Source: Bugula neritina (Eukaryota; Animalia; Bryozoa). Taken from it: DNA of 64,000 nt. Positions 51,087 to 64,000 of the stretch are shown one piece after another; position 1 is the stretch's first letter; each line of letters begins with the position of its first letter. The position numbers were made by a program, and so were the translations under genes. Location: NCBI GenBank assembly GCA_964035545.1, contig OZ037766.1:17509081-17573080 (forward strand), read 5' to 3'. A model generated the notes under the pieces. That model ran no database searches, was not told the DNA's origin, and was given only the letters and a program-made list of their open reading frames with translations.

Positions 51087-53601
51087 GGTGACTAGTCAAT
51101 ATTCCGAAGGCCCATTAGTTCGAAGGTCCATTAGTCCGAAGGTCCATTAGTCCGAAGGTCCATTAGTCCGAAGGTCCATTAGTCCGAAGGTCCATTAGTC
51201 CGAAAATTAGTACACATGATAGTAAATAGCATCCTCACTGAGAATATCATTGATTTCACTCACAATCTAGTTTAAGTTCTTGCTTTGTTAAAGCTGTATG
51301 TGGGTGGCATGCGTGTTGCCTACTTGTGATTGTTTAGCCTGAGATTACACTATGACTAGAAAACAGCTGCATCATCTATCAACATTCCATTGCGGCTGCT
51401 TTATAAACAAAGTACACAGCAAGCTATTCACTAGCCTGTCAGCTAACAGGCCTGTAATTAATAATGTAATAAGGATCACATTTGCAGTGTATAAATCACC
51501 TATATTTTATAGAAAGTCTATAAAAGCTATTGAAAATTTCAAAGAAGTTGCTTTGAGGAACAGAAAGATCTACAACATGGTTTTTAAATTTCGATTCTAT
51601 AGCACAATTAGGTGAGGTTTTATTTGGCTGGACTGAATTCTTATATACTAATAGTGTGGCCCCAGCAAGGTAGTTACAGCTAGAAGGTTGCCCTTATCTA
51701 CATATCTTGTGGATATGTTTGGTTTGGTATATTATGGTGTGCAGTTTTGGTTATTCGATTTTAGAGTAGTGTCCAGGATGTTTATAATTTTTAGTCTTCA
51801 ATGCATTTTTACAGATATCCCTAATTAAAGATATTTTTAATTACAAAGAGATATTTTCAATTGAAATGGATATATGTATAATTTAATTAATATAATAATG
51901 CAGTTTAGCAGCTTACAGATAATTGAAGAGATTAAATGTGATACCAAATAATTAACTACCAAGCCAGAGATTTACTATTACATTCAATAGTAAAATTCTA
52001 AAACAAACCATGCATTATTTTTTTGACGCTAACTTCAAATGCAACTTTTTTTTATAAGTTATGAGGTGCCTGTAATTTTTTACAAAAATACAGTACAGTA
52101 GACACAAAATGTTTGCTTGGCTTTAATTTTACCGGTTTCATGTTTCTTATACTTTAGTTTTTCAGTTTTTAGTCAACATTAAGGGCCTATATAAGCTGAC
52201 TGACTGTAGCTAGAATAGAATTACAGTCCCCTGTCATTTTTACACTAACTGTAAAATAAGTTATACTAATTAAATGCCAGTAAATTATATAAAAATAGCC
52301 AAAGACAAACAGATAATAAAAAAACTAATACAAAAAGTTACAAGTAACCTATTCTATTGAAGCACATTCCAACATTAAATAAATAATAAATTTTATAAAT
52401 GATAAAAGGATTTATAATGAATTTTTTAAAATTATATTTAGCAAACATCAGTGTATCCTATATGCAAAATTACAATGGTTTGCTAGAAACAACATCGGCA
52501 TGGTAGTCCCTAGTAACTTAAGTCCTAAATCGAAACTTGGAGGAAGATTTTACCTATTTACATTTAGTTATGAGTAGCCTATACTAGTGCAGGTATGTGT
52601 GTGGAGGAGATCGCACACACACGCACACACACACACACACATTATATATATATAAAAAGGTTGCATTTGAAGTTAGCGTCAAAAAAAATAATGGTTTGTT
52701 TTAGAATTTTGCTATTGAATGTAATAGTAAATCTCTGGCTTGGTAGTTAATTATTTGGTATCACATTTAATCTCTTCAATTATCTGTAAGCTGCTAAACT
52801 GCATTATTATATTAATTAAATTATACATATATCTATTTCAATTAAAAATATCTCTTTGTAATTAAAAATATCTTTAATTATAGGGATATCTGTAAAAATG
52901 CATTGAAGACTAAAAATTATAAACATCTTGGACCCTACTCTAAAATCAAATAACCAAAGCTGCATACCATAATATACCAAACCAAGCATATCCACAAGAT
53001 ATGTAGATAAGGGCAACCTTCTAGCTGTAACTACCTTGCTGGGACCACACTATTAGTATATAAGAATTCAGTCCAGCCAAATAAAACCTCACCTAATTGT
53101 GCTATAGAATCAAAATTTAAAAACCATGTTGTAGATCTTTGTGTTCCTCAAAGCAACTTTTTTGAAATTTTCAATAGCTTTTATAGACTTTCTATAAAAT
53201 ATAGGTGATTTATACACTGCAAATGTGATCCTTATTACATTATTAATTACAGGCCTGTTAGCTGACAGGCTAGTGAATAGCTTGCTGTGTACTTTGTTTA
53301 TAAAGCAGCCGCAATGGAATGTTGATAGATGATGCAGCTGTTTTCTAGTCATAGTGTAATCTCAGGCTAAACAATCACAAGTAGGCAACACGCATGCCAC
53401 CCACATACAGCTTTAACAAAGCAAGAACTTAAACTAGATTGTGAGTGAAATCAATGATATTCTCAGTGAGGATGCTATTTACTATCAAGTGTACTAATTT
53501 TCGGACTAATGGACCTTCGGACTAATGGACCTTCGGACTAATGAACCTTCGGACTAATGGACCTTCGGACTAATGGGCCTTCGGAATATTGCTCCGTCCC
53601 C
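51087..53601. mobile_element. Foldback/Mutator-like non-autonomous element with about 950-bp inverted arms, nested in the Mag leader
   Basis: 9-bp TSD CTTTTGAGT (51078-51086 and 53602-53610); arms about 51098-52050 and 52655-53591; 16-bp subterminal repeat TCCGAAGGTCCATTAG, 6 copies left and 5 right. Confidence 0.93.
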
Positions 53602-53872
53602 CTTTTGAGTGCGTTCAGCTTTTGTTTAAGCGATATCATTCAACGGTAGTGACTGTTGATAGTTTTGAATGATAAATTAAATTAAATTAAATATACATAC
53701 ACAGACATATTTAAATCTGATGGGATTTCAATTTCATAATAATAATTGGGTACTGATATCGAATAGTAAAAATGATTAATATTAAAGATTTTAATAGCTC
53801 TTGGATGATATTTGTTCAATATTATTCATTTGTATTTTGACTGATTACTACATTGCTTGGACTTCTATGGCT

Positions 53873-56800
53873 ATGGCGGAAGGGGGCAGTCAATTCATGT
53901 CAAAATTCAACTTAAATTCTACGAATGTTGAGGCCAGCTGGAAAAGATTTAAGTCTCTGTTTACCATTTATCATTTGGCCAAAGACCTGGGAAAAAAGTC
54001 AGAGGAGGAACAAATAGCGAATATGTTGCTGTTGATGGGATCTCATGTATTACCCATCTATGAGAGATTTGTTTTTGATAATGAAACTAACGCGAAAACG
54101 CATGCCAATGTACAGAAAATGTTTGATATATATTTTAAGCCTGCTAAGAGTGTAATTTTATGAAAGACTAAGATTAAACAAAATGTCTCAAGCTGTAGAT
54201 CAGCCATTGGCATGCTTTTATTACGAAAATAATGATCCAAGCGGGCGAATGCGAGTACGGTGGCATGAGAGACGACTTGGTATGTGACAGAATTGTAGTA
54301 GGAGTGGCTGATGACAGGCTAAGAGATCATTCTCGCTGTTGAAGATTTGACATTGGATGTGTGCATTAAGAAAGCGAAACAGTATGTGAGTCAGAAAGAA
54401 GGGGTTAGTCATCTTAAGAAATATGGCTGTTCTGATGATAATGTAGATATGGTGTCTGCTCGGAGATCTTTTAATCTTTCTGGAACTTACAGCTCTAATA
54501 TTAACATGACCTCGGAGCAGAATAAGAGGCAATGTTTTTTCTGCAGCAAAGAATTTCACCCTCGGGAGCAGTGTCAGGCACAGAGAGCTACCTACCATAG
54601 GTGTAAATTATTAGGTCATTGGGCGAAGAGCAGGGCGTGTAGATAAAAACGACCGAGTTCAAACCTACAATCCAGACAAGTTCATAAGGTAGAAGCTGGA
54701 GAAGATTTAGAAGGACTCTATCTAGGATTAGTCTGAGTAGGCGTAGAGGTGTTGGACACCATTTCTTCAGGCCAAAGAGGATGGTACGTTACAATTAAAC
54801 TTGACTCTCAAAATGTTAAATTTAAAATTGATACAGGGGCTACAGTGACAGCTGTACCAGCTGGGTTTGCCAGAACTAGCAAGCTAACAAAGTCAGAGAA
54901 GTGCCTAATGGGTGCTGGTGGGCACCAGTTTCAGACTTTAGGATGTTTCTCTGCTGAGCTTCAATATGATGATAAACGTATTAACCAGATGGTGTATGTA
55001 GTAAATAGACTTCGGGAACCTCTGCTGGGGAGACTTGCTATAAAAGGGCTAAGACTGGTGAGCTTTCTAGATAATGTGGATGTGGATGGAGTGCGGAGAT
55101 GAAGCTATCGTTTTCCAGAGCTTTTTCGTGGGTTGGGAAAGCTGGATCATGTTTTCTCGATCAAGTTAAGAGATGGTGCCGGGCATTGTACTGTGACTGT
55201 CCCGTGTAGAGTTTCTGCTGCGAGAAGGGAACCGTTGCAACGGGTGTCGGAGAGAATGACTGACCTCAAAATCATCGAAAAGGTTGATCACTACTCTATG
55301 TGTAGTAGTTTCAAAAATCAGGCAGATAGCATCCGGCTATGTCTTGGCTACACACAGTTGACTAAGGCGATAAAGCGCGAGTATTTTTCCATGCCTTCTA
55401 TTGATAAAGCATTGGGGTCCCTTGGGGGAGCTTGTTATTTTACTAAGCTAAACGCAAACTGTGGTTATTGGCAAATGCCGTTGTCAGATGATTCTAAGGA
55501 TTATACCACCTTTATTACACTTTATGGGCGATATCGATGTCACCGGTTTTCATTTGGGATCAGCTCAGCGCCAGAAATTTTTCACAGATGCAGAGTATTT
55601 TACTGGGATGTGAGGGAGTTATCTATCACATGGATGATGTACTTGTGTTTGGCAGGAGCAGGGCAGAACATGATACCAGAGTGTTTAAAGTGCTTTCAGT
55701 GTTGTCTAAGGCAGGACTTACTTTGAACAGGGATAAGTGTAAGTTTGGGCTGTCAGAAGTAAATTTTTTAGGGCATGTAATCGGTGCTAGTGGGATCAAA
55801 GCTGATCCGGAAAAGATCAGTGCAATAGCTAGCTACCCTGTGCCTAAATCAAAGAAAGAGCTCTCTCGATTTTTGGGACTAGCAAATTTCCTTGGTAAGT
55901 GTTCTGCTAGTATTGCCAAGCATACTGAGAACCTGAAATGTCTGTTGAATAAGGATGCTGCTTGGTTTTGGAGTCATCCACAGGACAAGGCGTTTCAGGA
56001 TATTGAAGATGGGCTCACTTCATCTCCAGTGTTAGTGCCATTTGATTTGCATCTGGAAACTAGGCTATCAACGGATGCATCATCATTTGCAATGGGGGCG
56101 GCATTACACTAGAAGCATGAGGGACAATGTCGTCCGGTGGCGTATGCATCCAGGACTTTGATTCTGGCTGAGCGTAATTATGCTCCGATAGAGAAAAAAG
56201 CTTTGGCCATGTGCTGGGCTGCAAAGAAGTTTTATTTTTATTTGTCGGGACGACACTTTGAGATAGAGACATATCACTGTTCTTTGCTAGCTGTGATGGA
56301 GAAAAGAGCTTGCTAAGCTGTCAATCAGGTTACAGCGGTTTAGATTACGAGTGTTGGGGTTCGACTACAGTATGCGCTACACAGCAGGATCGAAGTTGGT
56401 GGTGGCTGACGCGCTTTCTAGAATTAGTCTGGGCGACGATGGGTCAATGTGTTTAGTGGACCATGCTATGATGCAAGAGTTGGTGGACCCATTGTATGAG
56501 GCAGCAAAGACAAGCTGCGACTTTCCATTATGATGTAGGTAGATGGTTGCTGCGCTACATAGAGGTGGGATGGCCCTCGTTGGCCGGTTTGGATCTAGGT
56601 CTCGAGAAATACTATCCAGCCAGACATTTCATGACAGTGGTCCATTGTATGGTGTTTTTGAATCAGAGGATTTTCATCCCGAAAAGTTGTAAAGAGAAGA
56701 TACTGAGATACAGTCATAGAGGCCTTCTAGGTGAGGTAAAATGTATTCAAAGAGCAAAAAAGGTTTTATGGTGGCCTGGTATGACTTCGGACATCCGAAA

Positions 56801-57812
56801 TGTGGTTAGATCGTGTAAAATATGTGCAGAATTTTGAAGAGTGCCAAAGGAGCCGATGGTGGCGTCTCCTTTTCCAGAGAGACATTGGTGGAGATTGGCA
56901 GTAGATTTCCTCCAGTGGGAGAACAAAGACTACATCGGTGTGGTTGACTACTAAAGTAGGTTTATTTTGTGTGATATTCTACCTGATTTACAAACCAGCA
57001 CCGTTGTGAAGAAGTTGGAGTTGTTTTGTTTGTTGGGTATTCCTCACCCATTGAGGTCGGACAATGGGCCGCAGTTTGAGTGATGGGTTTCAGTCATTTC
57101 TCAGACGATGAAAAGTCCAACATGTAACGAGCAGTTCCAAGTACCCGAGAGTAGTGGAGAGAGCAGTACAGACAGTGAAATCACTGTTGAGAAAGAATGT
57201 AAATCTCCTGGTCGCATTGTGTTCATACAGCGATTCCCCACTAAGAAATGGCTACTCTCCGCCAGAGCTGCTTTTTCAAAGGTTCCTTCACTTTATGGGC
57301 ATAAGTACTAACACTACAATTGATCTCCCTCGTCTACGACAAGCTGAGCGTGATTACAGAAAACAGATGTCAGATGATTACAATCTCCGACATTGGGTAA
57401 ATTGTACTACTCCTTTTGCTATTGGTCAAGATGTGCACTTGAGAGCGGAGGGTAAAAAGGTACTGTTGTGGCTACAACAGGTCTTGAGATTGTGGTCTCA
57501 AGTGGTGGGTCTCTGCTAAGGCGAAACCATGTTTTTGCTTCTCCTTGTGCACATGAGTTGCCGCATGAAGAGGAAGTGCAGAACACGTCACTGCAAAGGA
57601 CGCCATTACCTGTTCCAGGGCAGCTTCTTCGGTCGAGCATACAACAAGTCCGTTTGCCATGATGTCAAGCTAAAGAATCTCAACAGCCAGCATTAGGAGC
57701 AAACTTGGATCTTCCTCCAAATGTGACACCTAGTGATGCTATGAAGGATGTCCCAGAGTATAGGACCAGGTCTGGCAGGTTGATTAATAAGCCAGTCAGA
57801 TTGGACCTGTAG
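53873..57812 (+). pseudogene. Mag-type gag-pol, disrupted
   Basis: Gag WKRFK, double knuckle CFFC..H....C / C...GHWAK, protease FKIDTGA, RT (GYWQMPL, FGISSAPE, HMDD), RNase H TDAS, integrase (WWPGM, SDNGPQF, ERAVQTVK), terminal YRTRSGRLINKPVRLDL*. Confidence 0.92.
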
Positions 57813-59336
57813 TTGATGAAACTCAAGTTTCAGAGATATTAGTACTCTAATAGTATGCATATTTAGATATAAACGTGGGGGTACTTCAATATAGTAATCC
57901 TGATGGCTTCAAAGGACGATACCTGAATGCTACCATTTACAGTTTGTTTGTTTCGATATTTTGTTAAAAGTTGTATCATGATTTGGTACTGCTTTTCTTT
58001 GTTTTGACTATTTGCGGGGAAACGGTGGTATTCCTATATTGTTGATGCGGTTGCATCAAAGGGGCGAATGTGGTGAGAGGTGATTGGCACACACGAGATA
58101 CAACGAGAGCAAAAGAAGGGTTTCTTGATATACCAGTGAACAAGTCTAGACAGCCTTAGCTCTACTCACAGATCTACTGACTTGACTAAAAGTGAGACAT
58201 GCTCTATATCGCGATTCGTGACACCCATTTTAGTCATAAGGGGGAGGTTTTGACTAAAATGGGTATCATGAAAAAATTTCGTTCTATTTTCAAATTTTTA
58301 GACAGTTGTGACTGTTAAGATTATTTTTATTGCACGTTGTCAATGCAATGAGGTTTTGCAAACTGTACATTACCATAAGGCATAAGTAACTGTTTATGTT
58401 TGACTGTACTAACTCTGGCATTACATTTAATCATCTTCTAGGTCAACACATATTTAACTTTTCAAATCTGTTCTTTTGAGATATATTTCTTTGATGTGTC
58501 TAGTGGAAGCTCAGGGGTTTTATGTTAAAACCAAGTTTACATGTATACTCTTCCTGGGTGTGCTTTATTGTATGTAAGGAGGTGTGGTGGTATCTCATTA
58601 TGGATTAGACTAATACTCTTATAAATTCCAAATATATTTTCAACCAATTTTTGCTTGCTAATCAATCAATAATTCAAATTATACTCAAATTACACACATT
58701 TTCTGATTTGCATTCTGCCTCTCTTCTGATCTTTTATTCTTTTTCTGTGCACGCCAGTCTATTAGTTATTTAAAATAATCAGGTTGCATTTGGAGAGCAC
58801 TTGTTACCTTCCTTTATCCTTCCATCCTTTTAAAATCTTCAGCAATTTTTCTGTACAGGTTGAACTTAGTGTTAGAACAAACCTAACTGCAGGTGAGTAA
58901 GACTATGTTTCAAGTCACAGTCAGCAAGCCAACAGGGATGGGACAATACTGTATATTCTTATGGCTTGCAGCAATGCCCATTCGTCATCCCGTAGCTATT
59001 ATGGTATGAAAATAATAGTGAAGTGCACATTTCAACACAGATTTTTTCAGAAAAACTAGAATTTACAATGGCTTTAAATTGCATAAATTTGCATTAAAAA
59101 CGCTCTTAAGGCTTCGGCGGTCGGGGTGCTGCCCCGGACCCACCAAGGGCCTAGGCAGCCCTCTGGACCCCTGGCCTGAGAGTGTGACCTAGAATAGTTT
59201 TGCCACTACAACTCTGCTTATAGACTATGTTAGAATTATAATAAGGTAATGTTAAATGGTAATGTTATCGTTTATGATCTTAGTCACACTCACAGTAAAA
59301 CTGAATAAGAATCTACTTTCAAATTTATATCATTAT

Positions 59337-59839
59337 GGGTGCAGGTCATTTCGTACACAAGTCATTTTGTACCCACTTTTTCAAGTCGTTTTGTACAGAT
59401 CTAATAAGTTGTTTTGTGCCCATCGATATAAATAAAATAAAATACATATTTTTGATATTAAATTTTGTTTTTTGATGAATGAGTAGTACAGCGACAATAG
59501 ATTAATATAAAGCATTAGCATCGATCAAAATAAAACCAAAAAATAATGGCGTGTTCAATAATGATTTATAATTGTATAAAAATTAATATAAACATATTTA
59601 ATTTTATCATAATACTAATACAAATAGATAATATATTAATATAAAACATTGATCAATAGGCCACATGAGATGCAATTAATAGGTAAACTAGTAATATTCA
59701 ACTTTCAAGTGGTTATTCAGTGGATTAATTTATTATTCATCTTGGATACTAAATTGATAGCAGTTCGTGTACGAAAAGACCATTTTGTACATAAAATGAC
59801 TGCTGTACGAAATGACTTGTGTACAAAACCACAGTAATC
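59337..59839. mobile_element. 503-bp MITE with 9-bp TSD; same family as 15407-15596
   Basis: TATCATTAT / TATCACTAT flanks; GTCATTTCGTACAC / GTACGAAATGAC subterminal repeats. Confidence 0.75.
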
Positions 59840-60719
59840 TATCACTATCAGCATAAGAAACTCAAAATGTGATAATGTTGTAAGAAGTCTAAGTAAAAAT
59901 TTTAGTGCTTACAGGTACCCTAAAGCTAAGCCTAATTCCTAGAGTTAGACATAAACTTCAGTTGTAAAGTTTACTTTATAATCAACTAAAAGTCAAGCTG
60001 TTAAGTTACTGTTAGTGTTACTGTTGATACCTAAATATAACGTAAATTACTATTAGTACTAGTAGTAGTACTAATAGTAATACTTATAGTTAGATTAGTA
60101 GACATAGTGGTGCTCACACTAACTCAGTGACTGACAGAGTAGTACTACTGGTAATACTATTAGTAATATTTATAGTAATCCTTATACTACCGTATTACGT
60201 CTACCAGCAGTAGTACAAGTAGTAATAATAATCAATTATTAGTAGCAGGATTAGTGAACTATTAGTAGTACTACTACTAATTGAAAGTACTAGTAGTACT
60301 TTGTAATAAGTCTAGTAGTGGTAGCTACTGCTATGAGTATCAGTATCAGACTCAGTATGTCTATAGCATTGTCATTATGGTTATCTACAGTAATAGTGCA
60401 ATACGTATATAGTTCCAGCAAACCAAAATAAGTAAATACAGTAGTTTTTACTTTTAGTACAAGTATTACTATTAGTAAATATATAAAAAATGGAAGAAAT
60501 TAGTAGACATAATAAAACATTAAAATAGGATTAGGTGAATAGTGAATTATTCTCATCCTGTTTTTAGTTGGGTTTTTGTCTGGTTATCAAATAATCATAT
60601 AATAATGCGTTTGTCATTATGAGTTTAAGATTATCAAAATAGATCATTGTACGTATTGGTATAAAAACGAAATAAAAATTATAGTAAATATAAATCATCA
60701 TCATAATTATGCGGTCAGA

Positions 60720-62110
60720 GGTTATCAGCCCTAGGTGTATTTCCAAAAGTTTTTTGTGCTGCCTTTTTTCTATTTCTACTAGATCTAGACAGTAGTCACT
60801 AAATTGCACTGGTTAACTTTTTCTATGAAGTGGTGTAGGACAAAATTCAATCATGGTTGCTTCTTTGTTATAGGGTCCAGGACTGTTGGCCACAGGAACA
60901 GCTTTTTAGAATTTGGCAGTGAGAGTCTTATCTTCAATTGATTTTTCTAGTCTTTGTTCTGGTCGGAAAAGTGTTATCATGCTTATAGGGCAATATTAAA
61001 CATTCCTTTCTCTATTACTGGGGTGGTGTTATATCAGCAAACAAATTTGTTGGTATTATCACAAATGTGTTCTTTTTTTGCATAAAGTCATGAGCTAGAG
61101 GATTTAGAGTTATTCTCCTTTCTACCACAGCAGGGACTGGCCCCGGTCTCATAGATATTGTCTTTTTCGGTTGAGTACGTTGCATCAACATAGGTTTTCA
61201 TTTTTCCCTAATGGTTAATGCAGTATTAAACATCTTGCACCATGTGATGTTTGAAAAGGTAACACTTCGGTTATGTGTGTAAGGCCTCACATATTCGGGT
61301 CTAAACGTTGTGCCTCTTTCCTTTTCCTGGTAGTAAGATTTCAGTCACCCTTTGTATTCTTCTTAATACAGACTCTCTTTTCTCTCTCGTTGACACATCT
61401 CCATCTGCTACTGCCTCAATTTTTCATGAACCTGTCATTTTTGTCTGCGTTCTTGTACAAAAGTAAATCTGCTGAAAATGTCACTTCTTTACCCAAAATT
61501 AAAAAATTTGAAATTTCTCCTGTGATTCTGTGTTGTGCAGCTCGAATCTTTTGGAGGAGATCTGTAAATTCCGCAAGTCTCATTCTTAGCTCAGTAATTT
61601 TGCCAGGATGACTTGCAGAGTTTCCCAATTTTCTATCTAACTCCTCGGCCATTGAATTGCCTTGTTGATACGGCCATATTTAAATTTTGTCATACCACCA
61701 GAACAGGCAAGACTCATGAAATATCTTTGAGGTAAACATATTAGAAGTTCAAAATAGCCGAAAACCTTTTTCTCAAGCCCCTGGGCAATAGCTGGAGGTT
61801 CACCACGAGGCGACATGATCAGCTGGAACCAGTATTTAGGTGTTTCCTTGACATGTTTTGGTGAAAGGCCCAGTTAATAGCAAGAACTTATTATAGTCTA
61901 TGATTATGGTGGTTCTGGCTTCGGATTGAGCGACAAGAAATAGGCTTGGCCTACTAGCATTGTTGACATTTTAGCACAAATCGTCTGATGTCTGCTGACA
62001 TTTCGGGCCAGTACCACTTCTCTTGCACACTGATTAATGTTTTATAATGACATTTAGATGATATTGCTTATGTATGGTCTGCACCACTTTATGCCTCAAG
62101 CAAAATGGTA
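60720..62110 (-). mobile_element. Old Gypsy integrase remnant, resembling element 1
   Basis: HHCC domain (IHKQYHL...WYWPEMSADIRRFVLKCQQC), PYQQGNSMAEELDRKLGNS, and HRITGEISNFLILGKE (compare HSATQETPNFLMLGRE in element 1). Confidence 0.75.
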
Positions 62111-62471
62111 AACAATCTCCTTACTTCCCTCAATCATAGGTAGTTATAATTAGCAAATTAGATTATTATGCAAACAGTACATACATAAATAATCGTTGCT
62201 GTGATGGTTTTTGTAAACTTTGTTGCTACAATAAGTTAGTAATAGGCAGTTATATTAAAATTGAATATATTGCAGATATGTTAGCATCATAGTTTCTAGG
62301 AATATAATCAAAAAAAATTTAGTTTCAAACTATAATAAGGATTGCACTAGTTTTAGCAGGGTGGTGGTGTTAATTGTAGCAAAAAAGCTGCTTTTGTAAT
62401 CAGTTGTTTTCAACATGAATCAAGTTGGTGTTATATTTTAGGTAAAATAAGACAACCATGAAAAATAAGGT

Positions 62472-62582
62472 ATGAAAATGAGCCCATTTGTTCAAGGCAT
62501 AACCTACATGAAAAGGTTCACAGCTTTGCAGCTGCTCATGGTATCAACAATTTTCCTACTCATTTTTACGGCTATATTCGGG
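62472..62582 (+). CDS. Probable first coding exon of a secreted or type II membrane protein (MKMSPFVQGITYMKRFTALQLLMVSTIFLLIFTAIFG)
   Basis: Acceptor near 62441, basic residues then a hydrophobic stretch, consensus donor GTAAGT at 62583; no downstream exon identified in the window. Confidence 0.5.
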
Positions 62583-64000
62583 GTAAGTAGGGTTAAATTA
62601 AACTATTTTGTTATGAATATTGGGAGTAAATGATATCCTAAGATTTAAAAGTTGTTGGTAAAATTAACAGGTATACTGGATTATTCTCTGGTATCTTAGC
62701 ACAATCTGTATTATGTAGGTATGGTTTAGTTTAACTGTAGTATTTCTTTATGCAACTACTAACTGTCTCTGGAGTCTGCAGTTGCAATCGATGATTAGAA
62801 GTGTGATACAGACCTCTTTCACCTCACCAGCTTTGCTCCAGTCTGATGACTATTCAGGTTGGTCACTGGAAAACTTTCCATGCATTCTTGTAAGCAACTT
62901 CTGTTTTTGAAACCTGTCAACTTTTTAGTGGTTAGATTCATTGCAAAAACTTATTTAAAACTAAAGAAATGGCTATTACTTTTATTTATAATAGTTTTAA
63001 GAATATTTTTTCGGTTAATTGTTTTGATCTTAATAGTAGTTTGAGTAATGAATTAGTACAAGATGAAAAATGCAATTTTGTTCATATTTCAGACACCAAC
63101 TCTATTTCCCTTATTTTCAGAACAAATAATTATTTCATTTTCTTAACGAAAAATTTATATATTTTACTGATGGTTAGTTGCCATGTCATCTGCAAGGATT
63201 TTATTAGCATTCTTAGCAGCAGCTATCTGTTAAATTCTATTTTCTAGGAAAAATTGTTTATACTTTGCATTTTTTTCTGATTCATGGTGTAATATGGCTT
63301 TGTATATCTTATTTTAAGATGATGGTTAGTTTTGAGATGCTTGATTTCTTATCTGCACTGTCAAATCATAACCTCATCACATGAGTTGCCCATGATGCAT
63401 TTCTCAATATAGTGATTATATTGTAGAAACTTGGCGACAGGTGGGAACAATAAAAAGTCATATCAATAGCTCATTTATATTAAGCTGGACCAATAAAGTA
63501 CAGTTGGATGATTCAGTTGAACTCGATCTTTCTACTGCAGCAAACTTGTTGGTCGACAAACTCCTAGCTTCAATCTCATCAGAAAGATTAAATGTATATT
63601 CTATCATCACAGACCTCCTTATTGGTGTTCACCTTCATGTACTAAAGTAGGTTGTTTGTATATTTGATACCCAATTCATATATATCTGTGATATACAAAT
63701 GCACAAGCATTACAAAATTATTTTTCCTGAAAACTTTATTTAGTTTAAAAGTTTGATCTCATTTCTTTTTCAGATAAAAACATACACCAAGCTTTATAAT
63801 TTTTTTTTTCAACAGTTGTTTCCAACATAAAACTTTTCCTTTGATTATCGGTTTTTTTAGATTAAATCTAAAATATATTAAATGGTGTTTAGTCATGCCA
63901 TAAAACATTTCCTAATTTAGTCTGGGTAAAATATGTGATCTTATTCATTCTCTTTCTTCACTCAAACCCTGCTTTCTGCTAAAAAGATTTTTTGTGGTAT

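Larger units (their letters stand above)
50785..58208 (+). mobile_element. Mag-clade Ty3/Gypsy LTR retrotransposon with short LTRs
   Basis: LTRs 50785-50931 and 58069-58208; PBS TGGTGTCAGAAGTGG at 50932 (tRNA-Leu type); PPT AAAGGGGCGAA at 58058-58068; flanks CCGAG/TCGCG may be a decayed 5-bp TSD. Confidence 0.93.

Noticed and set aside
51103-51198. CRISPR-like appearance of the 16-bp repeat array (also the LTR palindrome array)
   Set aside because: Head-to-tail repeats without unique spacers, no cas genes, eukaryotic context; they belong to transposon ends.
51352-53352. Duplicated ORF MTRKQLHHLSTF... on both strands
   Set aside because: A consequence of the foldback arms; no domain features and the two copies stop at different positions.
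60900-61320. LINE ORF1 (VRPY-like motif)
   Set aside because: Better explained as the GPY region of the decayed Gypsy integrase, given the collinear upstream integrase motifs.
63270-63660. Possible exon or transposase remnant
   Set aside because: No convincing splice-site pair or diagnostic motif on either strand.

Overview
AT-rich, intron-containing animal genomic DNA (invertebrate-like; the taxon cannot be fixed from sequence alone). Four spliced genes can be rebuilt exon by exon with GT-AG sites and consistent phases: a TSPAN1/18-like tetraspanin (+, 151 to 3685/4802/5275), DCAF7/WDR68 (-, 14114-9115), a PLEKHJ1/PHETA-like PH-domain gene (+, 23927-27977) and RSPH10B (-, 49798-29767). There is also an orphan ORF ending in a CaaX box (29150-29479) and a probable signal-peptide exon (62472-62582). 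Mobile DNA is abundant: a full-length Gypsy element in RSPH10B intron 1, a Mag-clade Gypsy carrying a nested 2.5 kb foldback element, a third Gypsy integrase remnant, RTE and CR1-like LINE fragments and several MITEs. The best leads are: (1) three parallel alternative last exons that swap the second half of TM4 and the cytoplasmic tail of the tetraspanin; (2) an extra C2H2 zinc-finger/coiled-coil ORF downstream of pol in the intronic Gypsy, whose LTRs carry a five-hairpin array; (3) the orphan CaaX protein, possibly co-transcribed with the PH gene; (4) the foldback element with ~950 bp arms. All calls come from manual reading and recalled family motifs; no database search was run.
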